This document shows positions 28,725 to 42,059 of a DNA stretch of 64,000 nucleotides, in pieces. Made by a program: the position numbers and the translations under genes. The stretch comes from Utricularia gibba (Eukaryota; Plantae; Magnoliophyta): the NCBI GenBank assembly GCA_002189035.1, contig CM007991.1:3224001-3288000 (forward strand), given 5' to 3'. The notes below the pieces were generated by a model. It was not told the origin of the DNA. It made no database searches and saw only the letters and a list, made by a program, of their open reading frames with translations. Position 1 is the stretch's first letter, and each line of letters begins with the position of its first letter.

Positions 28725-29264
28725 TCAAAGAGGTACGGCGACGGCGAGCTCCGGTAGCAAAACCGTCGCATCGTACTGGTAAACAGCCTGAGTCTGATCG
28801 GCGCTAGCAGAATACGTCCTCGTGATCACGTGTCCGCGAGCGTATCTGAAGGCGCCTGTGCCTGCAACCACCGACACTTCTCGAGAGTCGTCGTTGATGG
28901 GGTTCCTACCCACAAGGCTCAGCGTGCTCCCGTTGTACTCCCCCACCGTGAACACCACGTTCACCAGCACGGTGATAGCAGCTTTCCTCATGTCGCTGTA
29001 GGCTATAAGGCCCTGGATCTGGCCCAGGTACTCCGAGTCCCCTTCAGCGGCCGCCGTGATCGGTGTGTCCGTCACCAGGACCAGCCCGAAGAGCGACGGA
29101 AGGACGTTGGACAGGTTGCTCTCCGCCACTTTCCACACCGTGGGGTTGTCGCCGCCGACCCTGTCGTGGACGTAGAACCGAACTTGCCTCACGGTATCGG
29201 ATTCCACTACCACGGCGGTGGCGAAAAGGGCGAGGCACAAGGCGTAATAACCACACAGACTCAT
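28725..29264 (-). CDS. DIR: Dirigent protein (secreted), single exon
   Basis: Signal peptide, then FYVHD, FGLVLVTD.P.T, GQIQG, F..GEYNGSTL..GR, RE.SVV.GTG.FRYARG. Confidence 0.92.
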   Translation of the reverse strand: MSLCGYYALCLALFATAVVVESDTVRQVRFYVHDRVGGDNPTVWKVAESNLSNVLPSLFGLVLVTDTPITAAAEGDSEYLGQIQGLIAYSDMRKAAITVLVNVVFTVGEYNGSTLSLVGRNPINDDSREVSVVAGTGAFRYARGHVITRTYSASADQTQAVYQYDATVLLPELAVAVPL

Positions 29265-30261
29265 CCTGCAATAGGCAGTGAAGAAGAGAGATGCCAAACT
29301 CTAGACTTAAAAGCACACCTTTCGCAGAGTTGCAGGATTGAAACTTGAAAGAAACAACAGGATGCTGCTGCTGTATTTCAAGCCTGGAGATGACGATGAT
29401 GTGCCCATAGATTAGTGGCCGGAGTGTCCGGTACCCATTTCAACAGCGCGCCCATAGCAACCCACCTACTTCCATTTGAATTCGAAACTCTGTGAATTCA
29501 CCTAACCCCAAGAATTGAATTCAACCCTAATAAAAATGAAAATGCATTCTCACTGTATATGAGATTCCGTGTGGGTTTTGTTGAGGACGATCCCACGTGC
29601 GAATTTCATGTGGGGACACCTACTGTCGGAAATGGAAATATATATTCTAACATGGGCCGAGAAAGAAATAGCAAACCCAGGCCCATGAAGTTTGCCGCCG
29701 CCATTCTCACCGTCGTCCAGAAATGTCAGGCGCCAAAAGCACCTCGTACTCTTCCCTTGCAGTGGCGACTCTGAATGCTGCTCCGGTGCCGGAGACCGGC
29801 CGCTGCCTTCCCAAAATAGGCAACGTGCTTCCCTTACGCTCGTTGCCCGGAGGAGGATGGCATGCGCGGCGTCGGCGAGCTTCAATGGATTTGTTGACAG
29901 GCGGCCTGACTGGTTATCTGGTGGAATATTCCGAGTGATGTGAAGGGTAATTAAAAATAATAAACCCCACAATTATTATTTCTAAAATAGAATCGGAAGC
30001 ACCCTCCCCCTCTCCCACATTTAATTGCTTGAGGCGAGTAGAAAGACGCAGCATTTATGGCGAGCGTGACATCGCCGGTTGCCTTCTTACCGCTCAAGAG
30101 CGAGGTTGGGCCGTTGGATCTTCATCGGATGGCTGTGCTTGGCCCGATTGATATTAAATGCTTTCACCAGCCTGCTTTCCCTCTGCCTCACCGGTGTCGT
30201 CAGTCAGTCTTTGTGTTGGGTTGCCTTTGCACACGGCGGCGACGGGATTCGGGAAAGCGGC

Positions 30262-32984
30262 ATGAAACAAGTGTGGGTTTTGAGGAGGAGGAGGAGCGAG
30301 TGCCTGCTTTGTGGGAATGTAGTGATTTTGTTGTTGTTTTTTATGTTTCTGTATATGGATGGGGGAGTTTGGTGCTTGGGCTCAATGTCGTCAATTGCCA
30401 TTTCGTATGGGGAAAAAGGGTCTGTGTATTGTGGATTGAGATCCGATGGGTCGCATTTTGTCGAATGTTTTGGTTCGAACCCTGGAATTGTCCGTGCAAC
30501 TCCCAAGCGTTCTCGCTTCCTTGGTTTGACTGGTGGAAGCGGTTTTGTGTGTGGGTTGCTGTTGGGTTCATATCAACCATTTTGCTGGGGAAACAATGCG
30601 TTCATTCACACAGGAGTGCCTCTGAGAATGGGTCTGAAAACCCAATATTTGGAGATTAGTGCAGGCGATGACCATATTTGTGGGCTGAGAAAGTCTCTGC
30701 TGGGGAGGCTGACAAACATATCCCTGGTGGATTGCTGGGGTTACAACATGACAAAAAGCTATACATTTGAGGGTCAGATCCAGTCCATTTCAGCTGGTTC
30801 TGTCTTCAGCTGCGGCCTGTTTGCTCAGAACAGAAGTGTTTTCTGCTGGGGAGATGAGGCCTCAAGTGATGTAATTGCCTTGATTCCCAAAGAATCAAAG
30901 TTCAAAAAGATTGCCGCTGGGGGTATCATGTTTGTGGAATTCTGGAGGGAGTGTCCTCACGAGTGGTTTGTTGGGGTAGAAGCTTAGATGTTGAGGAAGA
31001 CATTTCCTCAAAAAGTCATCCTTTTGGTTGGCAGATGAATGTGGAAATAGCCCCAGAAGAGCCAATGCTTTCTGTTGTTGGTGGGAAATTTCATGCCTGT
31101 GGGATTCGAACTTCTGATAGAAATGTCGTTTGTTGGGGTTATAGAGTTGAAAGAAGCACTTCTCCACCTAGTGATGCGCAGGTTTTTGAGATAGCTGCTG
31201 GGGATTACTTCACCTGTGGAGTGCTAGCACAACAGTCTCTGCTACCTGTTTGCTGGGGCATTGCATTCCCATCATCTCTCCCTATTGCAGCTCCCCTAGA
31301 AGCCTGCATAACGAACCCGTGTTTACCCGATTTTTACGCATTCAACAATGCAAGCGCACCTTGCAGCTATCCAGGGGCTCACTATTGCCTGCGCTGCAGC
31401 ATTGGTTGTCCTAGTGAAATGTATGAGGTTGCAAGGTGTAATGCATCTTCTGATCGACAATGTGCATATGATTGTTCCAACTGCTCGTCGAGCGAGTGCC
31501 GGTCCGCATGCTCCAGCTCTAGTGAAAGCAGCAGCAACAAGTTTTGGTCATTGCAGGCACCGATCATCGTTGCAGAGGTATCATTTGCAGTCTTGTTTGT
31601 CACTGCAGTTTCGTTCACGGCTGTTCGGTATGTTCGCTACAAGTTGAGCAACTGCAGATGCAATGTTAAGGCAAAGAAAAGCAGTGGAAATGGTTCTTTC
31701 TCTAAAAAGATGGTCAAACCACTCCCTGAATTAGAGGAGCTTAAGATCAGAAGAGCTCAGAAGTTTACATATGAGGAGCTTGAAGGCGCCACAGATGGAT
31801 TCAAGGAAGAGTCCATTGTTGGGAAAGGCAGCTTTTCATGTGTTTTCAAGGGTGTTTTAAGAGATGGAACTGTTGTTGCAGTCAAAAGAGCCAATGATTC
31901 TCTTGGCCTGAAGAAGAACTTGAAAGAGTTCCACAACGAGCTGGATTTGCTTTCACGGCTCAACCATGCCCACTTGTTGAATCTGCTTGGCTACTGTGAA
32001 GGAGAAGAAAGGCTGTTAGTGTACGAATTCATGGCTAATGGATCATTGCACCAGCATCTCCATGGTGACAGGGAACTCAAAGAGAAGTTAGATTGGGTGA
32101 AGAGGGTGACCATTGTTGTGCAAGCTGCTCGTGGGATTGAGTACCTTCATGGCTATGCTTGCCCTCCCGTGATCCACCGGGACATCAAATCTTCAAACAT
32201 CCTGATAGATGAGGAGCATAACGCTCGTGTTGCGGATTTCGGGCTGTCGTTGCTTGGACCGGCTAGTAGTAGCTCCCCTTTGACTGAGCTTCCTGCAGGA
32301 ACTCTGGGATACCTTGATCCTGAATATTACAGGCTCCATTACCTCACAACGAAGTCAGACGTTTACAGCTTTGGAGTTTTGCTGCTAGAGATCTTGAGTG
32401 GAAGAAAAGCGATCGACCTGCGGTACGAGGAAGGAAACATAGTCGAATGGGCTGCTCCGCTCATCAAAGCCAGCAACATCGAAGCCATTCTGGATCCAGT
32501 GCTGAAGCCCCCACCTGATCTTGAAGCTGTGAAAAGCATTGCAAACATAGCTAGTAAATGTGTGAGAATGAGAGGCAAAGATAGACCATCAATGGATAAA
32601 GTTACCACAGCCTTGGAACGAGCACTGGCCTTGTTGATGGGCAGTCCCTGCAATGATCAGCCCATCTTGCCAACAGAAGTGGTGCTGGGAAGTAGCAGGT
32701 TGCATCAGAAGTCATCGCAGCGCTATGGATACCGATCAACCTCTGAAACGGATGGGGGAGATGCAGATGATCAAAGGATTGAGTTCAGAGCTCCCTCATG
32801 GATCACATTTCCTAGTGTCGCCTCCTCTCAACGGCGCAAGTCCTGTGACTTTGAGGAGGAGCCGGATGCCCGGAACATGGAAGGAAGGACTGCAGCAGGG
32901 AATGGAGTTGGAGGCACAGGCACAGTTGAAGAGATACGCCCTGCGTCCCCTCATCAGCACTTATTCCTGCAACACAATTTCTGA
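30262..32984 (+). CDS. CR4: CRINKLY4-type receptor kinase; apparent 1-bp frameshift at 30919-30923
   Basis: GSMSSIAISYGEKGSV.CGL, seven crinkly repeats (AG..H.CG..W), TNFR-like Cys region, TM helix, kinase GKGSFSCVFKG, HRDIKSSN, GTLGYLDPEYY, C-terminal LFLQHNF*. Intronless. Adding one G gives IAAGGYHVCG. Confidence 0.95.
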
Positions 32985-33846
32985 CTCTTCTAACATAATC
33001 ATCTGTCTTTAAGAACTATGGGGGTCGATCTGAACATCGGCATGCCCACCCCTGGCCCCTGTGTTCCCAATCAAATGAAAAACTGCAGGGAAGGGTGAGT
33101 TCCCTTGCAGTTGGAGGATCAATTTGTAATCAGTCTTCCTTTGTTGTACAGTAGGTGCTCCAACTTGCGTCATGCTTCTTAGATCAATCCAGTTATCATG
33201 AGAACCACAATAGTATCTCCCCTTACCTCGTTCCTTCTTATATCAATTCCCCAGAAACGTACAACACCTATTTAGCACACGCTTTTAACACACATGAAAA
33301 TGCTGTATTTAGATAGAGCATGACCCTGCTGTCTCTGCTGCGGCCACTGATGTAGCATGATTACTAGATAAGCATCCACACCACGGTAATCATATTTTTC
33401 TAAGGATTCGGATTTGTTTCTTTACATTTGCTCTGATGTTCTCTGGCTTAGGAATGGAGACGACCAGTCCCAAAACAAAGCACCATAAATCACATTAAGT
33501 ATTTAGACGTGAAAAACGTTCTCACAAATGATATGGCAAAAGTTTGAATTACACTAATGAAAAATTCACTGTATTTAACACAGGCCTACCCTGGCCAAGT
33601 GACTTAGATGTATAGATGCATAAACACAAAAAATCGTTCATATCAACACAACCCATTAACAAAACCAAAAAAACAAAAAAAATCGTGTATTCATCTGAGA
33701 AGTATAAAGAAAACCAAGTCTTTTACCTTGCAGGTATTATCCATGAAGGTAGGAAGTAATTCCAGCCATTGTAATCCCGGATGGCTTTGCTGAAACATGG
33801 ACAACAAAACGGCGGTTTGTGGTGAAACAGATGTTCTATGATGAGT

Positions 33847-35750
33847 TCAACCTTCATTAGAATGTGTATTATTGTCTGTGTCGTTCATTGGAATCAAACT
33901 GTATCTTTCCATGTCTTGTGACTGTTCACCATCATAACTGGTTATGCTTCCTGCAAAAAGTTTAAATCAAAGAATCCAATATCAGTTGTAACCAGAATCG
34001 AGAGAATCAACAGCGTCGTGGTTTTGAAGTACCCATTGCAGTTGCAGGCTCTTCCTTAGTCGAGTGAAGGATGATTGCTCCTGAGAGGACAGTGATGAAA
34101 CCACATACTTCAGATGCTATTCTATCAAAGTTTTGGCCTGGCCAGTCCTGCACAATGCATGTGTGCTTCATCAATGGATTAACAAAACCACGTAACTCGA
34201 GCTAAGAAAATCAGAAGATTATGGGCTTATTCTCAAACAAGCTACCATCGAGATTTAGTGAGTGCATTACTTGATAAATCTACAGTGGGTGATGGTTTGA
34301 AGAGATTGGACATGCTTACCTTGAACATTATGGTACTAGCAACAATAGTTAATGTTGTGAACATAACATAATATACAGCAGAAACAATGGCTGGATTGAA
34401 AGTGTCGAGTGCCTGAAACCAAAACATTTTCCAAAATAACTCGGTATGCAAACCATGGAGAGCATTTTCAGGTTAGTGATGAGGGAGAACCATGGACCTT
34501 GTTCAAATAATTCAACTGTGTAATCACACAGATGATTGCAATGGAGACAAAAAGCCAGGTGTGTGGATACTGGAACTGATTGAAACCCTCCAAGCTAAGT
34601 TTGATTGCAATGCCAACAGCTTTTATGCTCAGAACCTGAACGACCATTTGTTTATAAACAATAAGTTAACTCAAAAAATAATCATGGCAAGTAGCATGAT
34701 TACCGTTAGTGCCCCAAATAATGAACAAATTCCCAAGTAGACTAGTATATTTGTTTGCCCATACAGAGGCTGAAAATAGAGAATCAGCACTATAACGGTA
34801 GACACTGTAGCCGCTACATAAATAAGGAATTCTGTACAAAATTCAATAATTGAAATAAGAGAGTGATATACCAGCAGTAAACAGTGATAAAAGTAATCAA
34901 TTGCAGTCTAGAAACTAATAGCCGCAGAACACATAAAAGAAAGATACCAACCAGGTTTAGTAGCCAAAATCCAGATTTCCTCCACAGAACTTGGAGTACG
35001 TTCTTCTGGGGCATGAATAACGATAATGACAGATCCTGCAATGCACGAAACACATCCCAAAATGCCCATCGTCTGAAGCCTTTCCTTCAGTATAAAGTGT
35101 GCTAGAACAGCACTACTCAGATTCATGAAAACGTTAGTGGTATCAAGAAATTTAGACTCAAGTTAGTCAAGCTAGAGGAGTCAAATTCTTTCAATGTTAC
35201 CTGACGATAATACTCGAAGCACCAATTGGGGTCACAAGAACAGCAGGAGCGTACACATATGCAACAAAATTTTCCACCTCCCCGAAAATCACTAATCAAA
35301 CGTAACGTTGGTATGAACTCAAACACTTGAGGAAGAATGCGAGAAGAGTAAAGAAACTGATCCTACAACTTACTTGTAATCATGCCAGCCCACCAAAGAG
35401 GTTCTCTCAAGTAATCATAGCCTCCAACACCTGTTGCATTAACAGCATGGTAAGTTACATACAAAAGAAGCAGACACCCTGTTCCATATCTACAGTTCCA
35501 CCGCATCCCACTTCTGATAACTATCCTCTAGGAATGCAAATGAAAAAAATAGTTCAATTCTCTAGTGAACACCTCCACAAAAAGCAACAGCAGAAACAGT
35601 AATGTCTAGAAGACTGATTACTCCACCTGCGCGACGGCCAGCTGCAGCGGCGCGTTGGAGTCCTTTCCTCTTCAAGACGAAGCTCGTTCCAATAAACAAA
35701 CCAGATAAAATTGCTAATATCAAGCCCCTCGAGTTGTCGGAAACCACCAT
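33847..35750 (-). CDS. NIPA: NIPA-family probable magnesium transporter; apparent 1-bp frameshift at about 35273-35274
   Basis: DN.RGL.LA.LS..FIG.SF..K.KGL, EPLWWAGM, GE.(G)NFVAY..APAVLVTP.GA, LKERL...G..GC, QLNYLNKALDTFN, TI.AS.IMFKDW. GT-AG exon chain traced. Confidence 0.92.
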
Positions 35751-37233
35751 CTCTCTCAACACAATCACATGTCTGCATCAAAAACATCATCATATCAAAC
35801 TCTAAATTCACCAACAACTGGAAAATAAGGCCACAACCACAACCCGGACAACCCATCCACTAACCAAAAAAGGCTGGAAACCAGTCAACCACGTGGTCCC
35901 AAGAATTCTCAAAGAATCGTGAGGCGCAGGAGCAAGAATTCTGGCCGCCAAAATGTCCGCGGATCGAAGGAGCGCAAGTTGGCATAATCGTTTTAATTTC
36001 CTTTTCATATAAAGACATTTTTTCGTCAAGCACTCCCACTATTTCCGAACGCCAATCTCCAACACACTATTGAAGATTTAGTCAGCAAACGATCCGCCGT
36101 ACCAAACACTCACTGCGTCGTCATCGCCGGCGCGATCCGCCCAAACCGTCTCCCGTCGTTCCCATCGTTTTGATGGCATCGGCATCCTCCCCCAAATACC
36201 GCGGGCAAGTTACCCCCAACCCCCGCGTTTAAAAATAAAAATCAAGCACATGGTTCTCGCTAAGCAAAAGTAATTAATTATTCTTCCAGGTCACATGCGG
36301 GTAATTAATTACCCAAACTATAATTAGAGTAAGTTAATTAATGATATTATTTACAATTAAGTAAACACAAGCTATATATTTAAAAAATGAAAATATCTTC
36401 AATAAATATCTATTTCATAGTATTTATAAATTTAAAAGCACATCACTCTATTACTTTAATTAATGTGATTTAATCGTATTTTTAATCTTGATATAATTAA
36501 ATATTATCTAAAAAATAGTTCATTTATATTAATTTTATTTTAAATTCAATTAAATTAAATCTTTTTTATCGTATTTTCACGAGTATTTTATAAAGTACGT
36601 ACTATTCTATTTGAAAATATAAATATATCTATAAAATACGATATTAATCTTTGGATTAACCAAATTACAGGCAATGTATTATGCCTAAGAATTTAGGATG
36701 GAGCAAGTGCTAGGGATGGGATTTAGAATTTAGGGGAATGTCAACGGAGCGATTGTGAGGTGATGGCCCCAATAATGACTTGAGTGGTACGGTCAATTAC
36801 CGAGGAAATGAAAATGAAATTCAACCTAAATGCACCTGCAGGAAAGTCACATTAAATTCGTATAAATTCAACGCGTATCCGAGAAGGAAGAGTAAAGACA
36901 AGCACAGGCAAGAAATCCGTGTACGTAGTAGTAGTAGTAGCCATGATTTGTCGCTCTAACTGCTCAGCATTGGAATGCACAAGAATGTGGCTGATGCAGT
37001 TTCTCTGAGTTGATGAACTACTGCTGTAGGGACGCATTTGGTGAGAATCGTGGTACTCTTCTGGTGTTTTTGGTTTTGGATTTCGGAGGAATTTTGTCGA
37101 TGTGGAGCTTTTGATGTTGGTGATGTGGTTTAGTTGTGGTTGTTGGCCGTTTTATTGCTAGAATTCATCGGCGTGATTGTGGATTTTGCTGAGGGTTTTG
37201 ATTTCTGGTAGGTGATAGTTTTGAATAGGGGGA

Positions 37234-39053
37234 ATGACTGGTGTTAATGAAGAAGATAACGGCTGCACAGGGTTGAGCCTCCAATCTGGAGAATCTTCTT
37301 CGTACCAACAGATATGCGCAGTTAATCAATCAAATGTACCTCAGCTGCAAATGGGGCGGCTATGCGACCGGATTCAGCAAGTTCCTCATAAATTTTTATG
37401 GGTTGAAAACAGTGGTAAAGGGACTGGTCTTCCTCCCATTTCGCCTTTTACACAGATTTCAGCAAACCGATCCGTAGATCAGCGTGTTGCATTGCAGAAT
37501 TTCAGTACCTTTTCAAGTCGTTTTTCCGCTGTTGATGGGCTGCCGCCTCTAATCCCGAGCCATTATCGAGACCCCACTGCTTCCTCTTTTCACAATGCAG
37601 CTTCCATGGAGGTTAGGGAGGGGGCTGTGAATTCTGTCTGGTCAACCTCGTCTTTATCCCATAGAAGATCAAGCAGCGATATCCCTGTGGGGTTCTCTTC
37701 TAGTATGCAGCCTCCACCACCACTTACATTGAGGAGTCCTGGTGGTTTGGACAGAGTTTTAGTAAGAAGTAATTCAGAATCTCCACCTGTTCAAATGATT
37801 AAGGTAGAGACCAGTTTGGAGAAAGCTGGTAATAACAGCAGCTCTGAAGTCATGGGATCTAAGAAACCTGAAGGGCAAATGGTGGATGATCTTTTCACTG
37901 CCTATATGAATTTGGACAACATGGACGCACTTAACTCCTCTGCAATCAACAATAAGCACGACAACCAGGAAGATTTAGGTAGCAGAGACAGTGCTTCAAA
38001 GACAAATGACAGCAATGATAATGAAGGTACAAGTAGTGTTAACAAGAGTGGAGGCAGTTTACCGAGCAGGGGACTACCTACATTGTCTGGAAAGTGGAAA
38101 GGATTCAAACGAAATGCCAATGGAGACGATGCTCTTCCGGCTCGGCATTACAGAAGTGCATCGATGGATAGTTTTGTGGGGAAGGTTAATTTCGACGATG
38201 AGTCTCCTGAAATGTGTCTATCTCCAACGACACAATCAGTTTCACTCCCTCATGCAAAATCACTTGAAGCAAATGACAGTGCATTGAACTTGGGTTTTGG
38301 CAATGGAGAGTTTACTGCTGCTGAACTGCAGAAGATTATGGCTAACGAGAAACTTGTTGAGATGGCATGTAGTGACCCAAAGAGGGTGAAAAGGTGCTAT
38401 GATTGTAACCTATGAACTTGGAATGCCTATGATTGTCGATGCTTTTAACCTCGAAGTTCATCTGGTTTTAGGATACTGGCAAACCGGCAGTCTGCTGCAA
38501 GGTCGAAAGAGCGTAAAACCAGGTATATTGCGGAACTGGAACACAAGGTCCAGACTCTGCAGGCAGAAGCTTCCACGCTGGCCACGCAACTCACTCTCCT
38601 AAGGGTGAGCCTTGCAAGAACCATAAGACTTCTCCATGCTTTTGGTTTACTGTCACCACTAACTCAGGTTTTCCATTTGCGTCCAGAATGACTCTGAAAA
38701 CCTCACGAATCAGAACAATGAGTTAAAATTTCGGTTACAGGCCATGGAGCAACAGGCTAGACTACATGACTGTACGAGTTTCATTATACTATCAAATTTC
38801 TCTTTTTTCCTTTTTTTTGGCAGCGTATCATGTGCTGTGAAATGGTGTTTCAGCGCTGAATGAAGCATTGCGAGTAGAGGTGGAGCACTTGAAACTGGCC
38901 ACTACTGAATCAAATGGGGATACCTCCAAACTAGAGCAGCAGTCCCTCAACCCTCGGATATATCAACTGCACCAGCAGCAGCAATGCACACAGCTTCACA
39001 TCCATCAGCTGCAGCAGCAACTGAACAACATCAAAAATGAACCCGAGCAGTAA
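37234..39053 (+). CDS. Group I bZIP transcription factor (bZIP29/30/RF2a-like), 4 exons
   Basis: [37 protein letters not shown]|[28 protein letters not shown], leucine zipper, Q-rich tail. Splice phases are consistent. Confidence 0.94.
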
Positions 39054-39506
39054 ACTTCGATTCCATACCCCCTGCTACCTGGTATCTGCTGCAAACCTGC
39101 AGTTTCTCTTAGCGTAAATATTCATTCATCCTCTTTGAATCATAAAACACATTCATGGTGTTTGGATGTAATCTACATATACTGGCCACTCTTGCTTTGC
39201 AGATTTTCCGTGTTGTAATGTCTTCAAATATGTTGAATAGTGAAATCTAAAAACAAGAAGGTGAATACTGTTATTCTTTCATTATTCAACACAAACATGA
39301 CCCTTTCACAGTCTATCTTTTGCAGTAAGAAATCATGCAACCGCCCCAAAAGAATCATTTTTTTCTGCCTCTACTTGAAAAATGGCATTCATGTAGTTGA
39401 ATCAATAGCAACAAAACTTATATATACATGGATAGCTCTCAGTAGATATCCATGTCATCTGTCTAAGACCATTTGAAAAGGGCAAACACAACAATGGCAG
39501 AAGTCT

Positions 39507-41216
39507 CTAGACTGAGAAAGTGATGCTGTCCTCTTTTACAATCTCCTTTTCATTTGCTCCATGAAGCCATCCCCCACCGATGGATTCCATGCTGCCACTC
39601 AATCCATCATCAACAAAATCACCAACCCTCTTTACCTTACCCTTTGGCTCCACCGGATAATTACCAGAAAAACAGGCATAGCAAAAGTTCGGAGAGTCCT
39701 CTCCCAGGTACCTCTTCAAGCTATCAAATGAAAGGAATGCAAGAGAATCTGATTGTATGAAATCCCTGATCTCTTCAGTGCTCATTCGATTCGATATGAG
39801 CTCCTCTGCACTGGGAGTGTCAACTCCATAATAGCATGATCCAATAATTGGTGGACTTGCTATCCTCATATGAACCTCCTTTGCACCTGCCTCCTTCAAC
39901 AAGCGAACTATCTTAGATGATGTTGTTCCTCTAACTATGGAATCATCGACAACGACAACACGTTTGCCCTCCAAAACGGCCCTCACTGGAGAGAGCTTCA
40001 GCTTCACTCCGAAGTCCCTGATCTTCTGGGAGGGTTCAATGAATGTTCTGCCCACATAATGTGACCTGATCAATCCTTGTTGAAAGGCTACCCCTGCTTT
40101 GGCTGCGTAGCCAATGGCAGCAACAACACCGGAATCTGGGACAGCGATCACCACATCACAATCCACGGGTGACTCTGTGGCCAGTATTTCTCCAAAAGCA
40201 CGGCGAGATTCGTAGACAGACCGACCAAAGACAATGGAGTTGGGCTTTGAAAAGTATATGTGTTCGAAAATGCAGGATTTTGCTTGAGGATGAGGCATCA
40301 GGCACACAGATTGAACACCTTCCTTGTCCACGATGATAAGTTCCCCGGGAGAAACCTCTCGTTCATAAGTTGCTTCAATCAAATCTAAAGCGCAGGTCTC
40401 GGAGGCAAACACCACGGCACCGTTGCTGCGCCGGCCCATCACCAGCGGCCGGAAACCGTGAGGATCCCGGACAGCCACTAGCTTGTCCTCTGTCAAGAAA
40501 ACCATAGAGTAAGCTCCTTGTAGCCTACTGCAAGCGTCAACGATTCTCATGAAAAAGGGCCTGGCTTTGGAGATGGCGATCAAGTGAAGAACAACTTCGG
40601 TGTCAGAGGTTGTGTTGAATATGGAGCCGCTGTCCTCAAGCTCCTCGCGTAGAATCTGGTAATTCACCAAGTTCCCGTTATGGGCGACGCCTACAGAGCC
40701 GAATCGATAACCGGCGACGAAAGGCTGAACGTTTTTCAGCATGGAAGAACCAGCGGTAGAGTATCTAACATGCCCAATCGCCTTATCTCCTGGGAGTTTA
40801 TCCAATTTCGATTTGTTAAAAACCTCAGCGACGAGGCCAACGCCGGTAACCGACTGAAGAACGCCTTCGCTCACGGCAACAATTCCGGCCCCCTCCTGCC
40901 CACGGTGTTGGAGTGCGTGAAGGGCTAAGTAGCAGAGGCGGGAGGCTTCAGGGTCGCCGTAAATCCCAACAACTCCGCATTCCTCCCGAGGCTTGTCGAA
41001 ATCAAACGGCGCACAAAGGTCTCCGACTTCAGCCGCCGTCGAGACGATATCGGAGATAGGGTTTTTGCAAAGCGTGGTATTGGGATTCCTCTGGTAGTTT
41101 TTCGGGAGTGGTGCAAGAATTGTACCCTTCTCGCCGGCAGGCAGAAGGATGAACGGGCACTAGATGCGGCGACAGCGGCTGCCGCCGTGAACGCCGAGGC
41201 ACTGGAAGCGGCCATA
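39507..41216 (-). CDS. ASE: Plastid amidophosphoribosyltransferase (ATase/PurF), intronless; apparent 1-bp frameshift at about 41155-41157 in the transit peptide
   Basis: DKPREECGVVG, LQHRGQEG, GHVRYST, AHNGNL, VVVVDDSIVRGTT (PRPP site), C-terminal CYACFSG. The ATG frame joins the mature frame after +1 C. Confidence 0.96.
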
Positions 41217-42059
41217 GATAATAAGGTGGCGCAAGGTTGAACCGAATAGGTTTGCGCCACTGCCGTATAACAATTAAAGGGAAGAGAAGATCAAGGAGAA
41301 CGGAAACAAAAGATCCGTGTTCATCAAAATTACGAATAATTACAAAGTAACCCCACACACCTTCTGCATTCCTTTTCTGAGCCTGCCTAAACTATTTAAT
41401 TTTCATTTCCACCCCTCTATTATCTTCTAATTCAATTAAAGTACCCACCTTTCTAGATAATTACAATGTAAACCAGCTTCAAAATCCAGCATTAAAGCTG
41501 TGTTATTTCTACTTTTTAAAAATAAAAATCATTTTGTTTTAGAACATTATCAATTGTAAAATTTATTTTATTTTAAAAAAATTTATTTTGTTATCCATTT
41601 GCAAAAAACTTATTTATTTTATATAAAATTAATGAAATAACTTGGTTTTATTTAAATATTGAAATGTTTAATTTAATTCTTTTGAATTTAAATAAAAAGT
41701 AATTTTTTAGTAGATAAAACATATGAAGGTATATAAAAAAATAATGTAGATTAGAATAAATACTCACAATCTTAAATTTTATTAAATTCAATGTAATTTA
41801 TATTATTCATATTAATGAGTCATTTAGAAAATTGATAATTTTGTTTTTTTAAATATGTTATGGTCACTATCACACATTACATATTAATTTTGTTTAATTT
41901 AATCAACCTATCAGGACCTAATAATCTTATTATCAACTACGGGAACATATTATACGATTTTATTACATACCACATATTAAGGATTGGAGTTGGTTGGTCT
42001 TTTCTTTCTTATTACAAGGTAACCACCTCACATGTAACAACAAGCTGTGGCGTATGTGT

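Noticed and set aside
26280-41900. Very AT-rich spacers (about 26280-26430, 28260-28560, 36330-36660, 41520-41900) as a repeat family
   Set aside because: No shared sequence, terminal repeats or periodicity were detectable by eye; treated as ordinary intergenic spacers.
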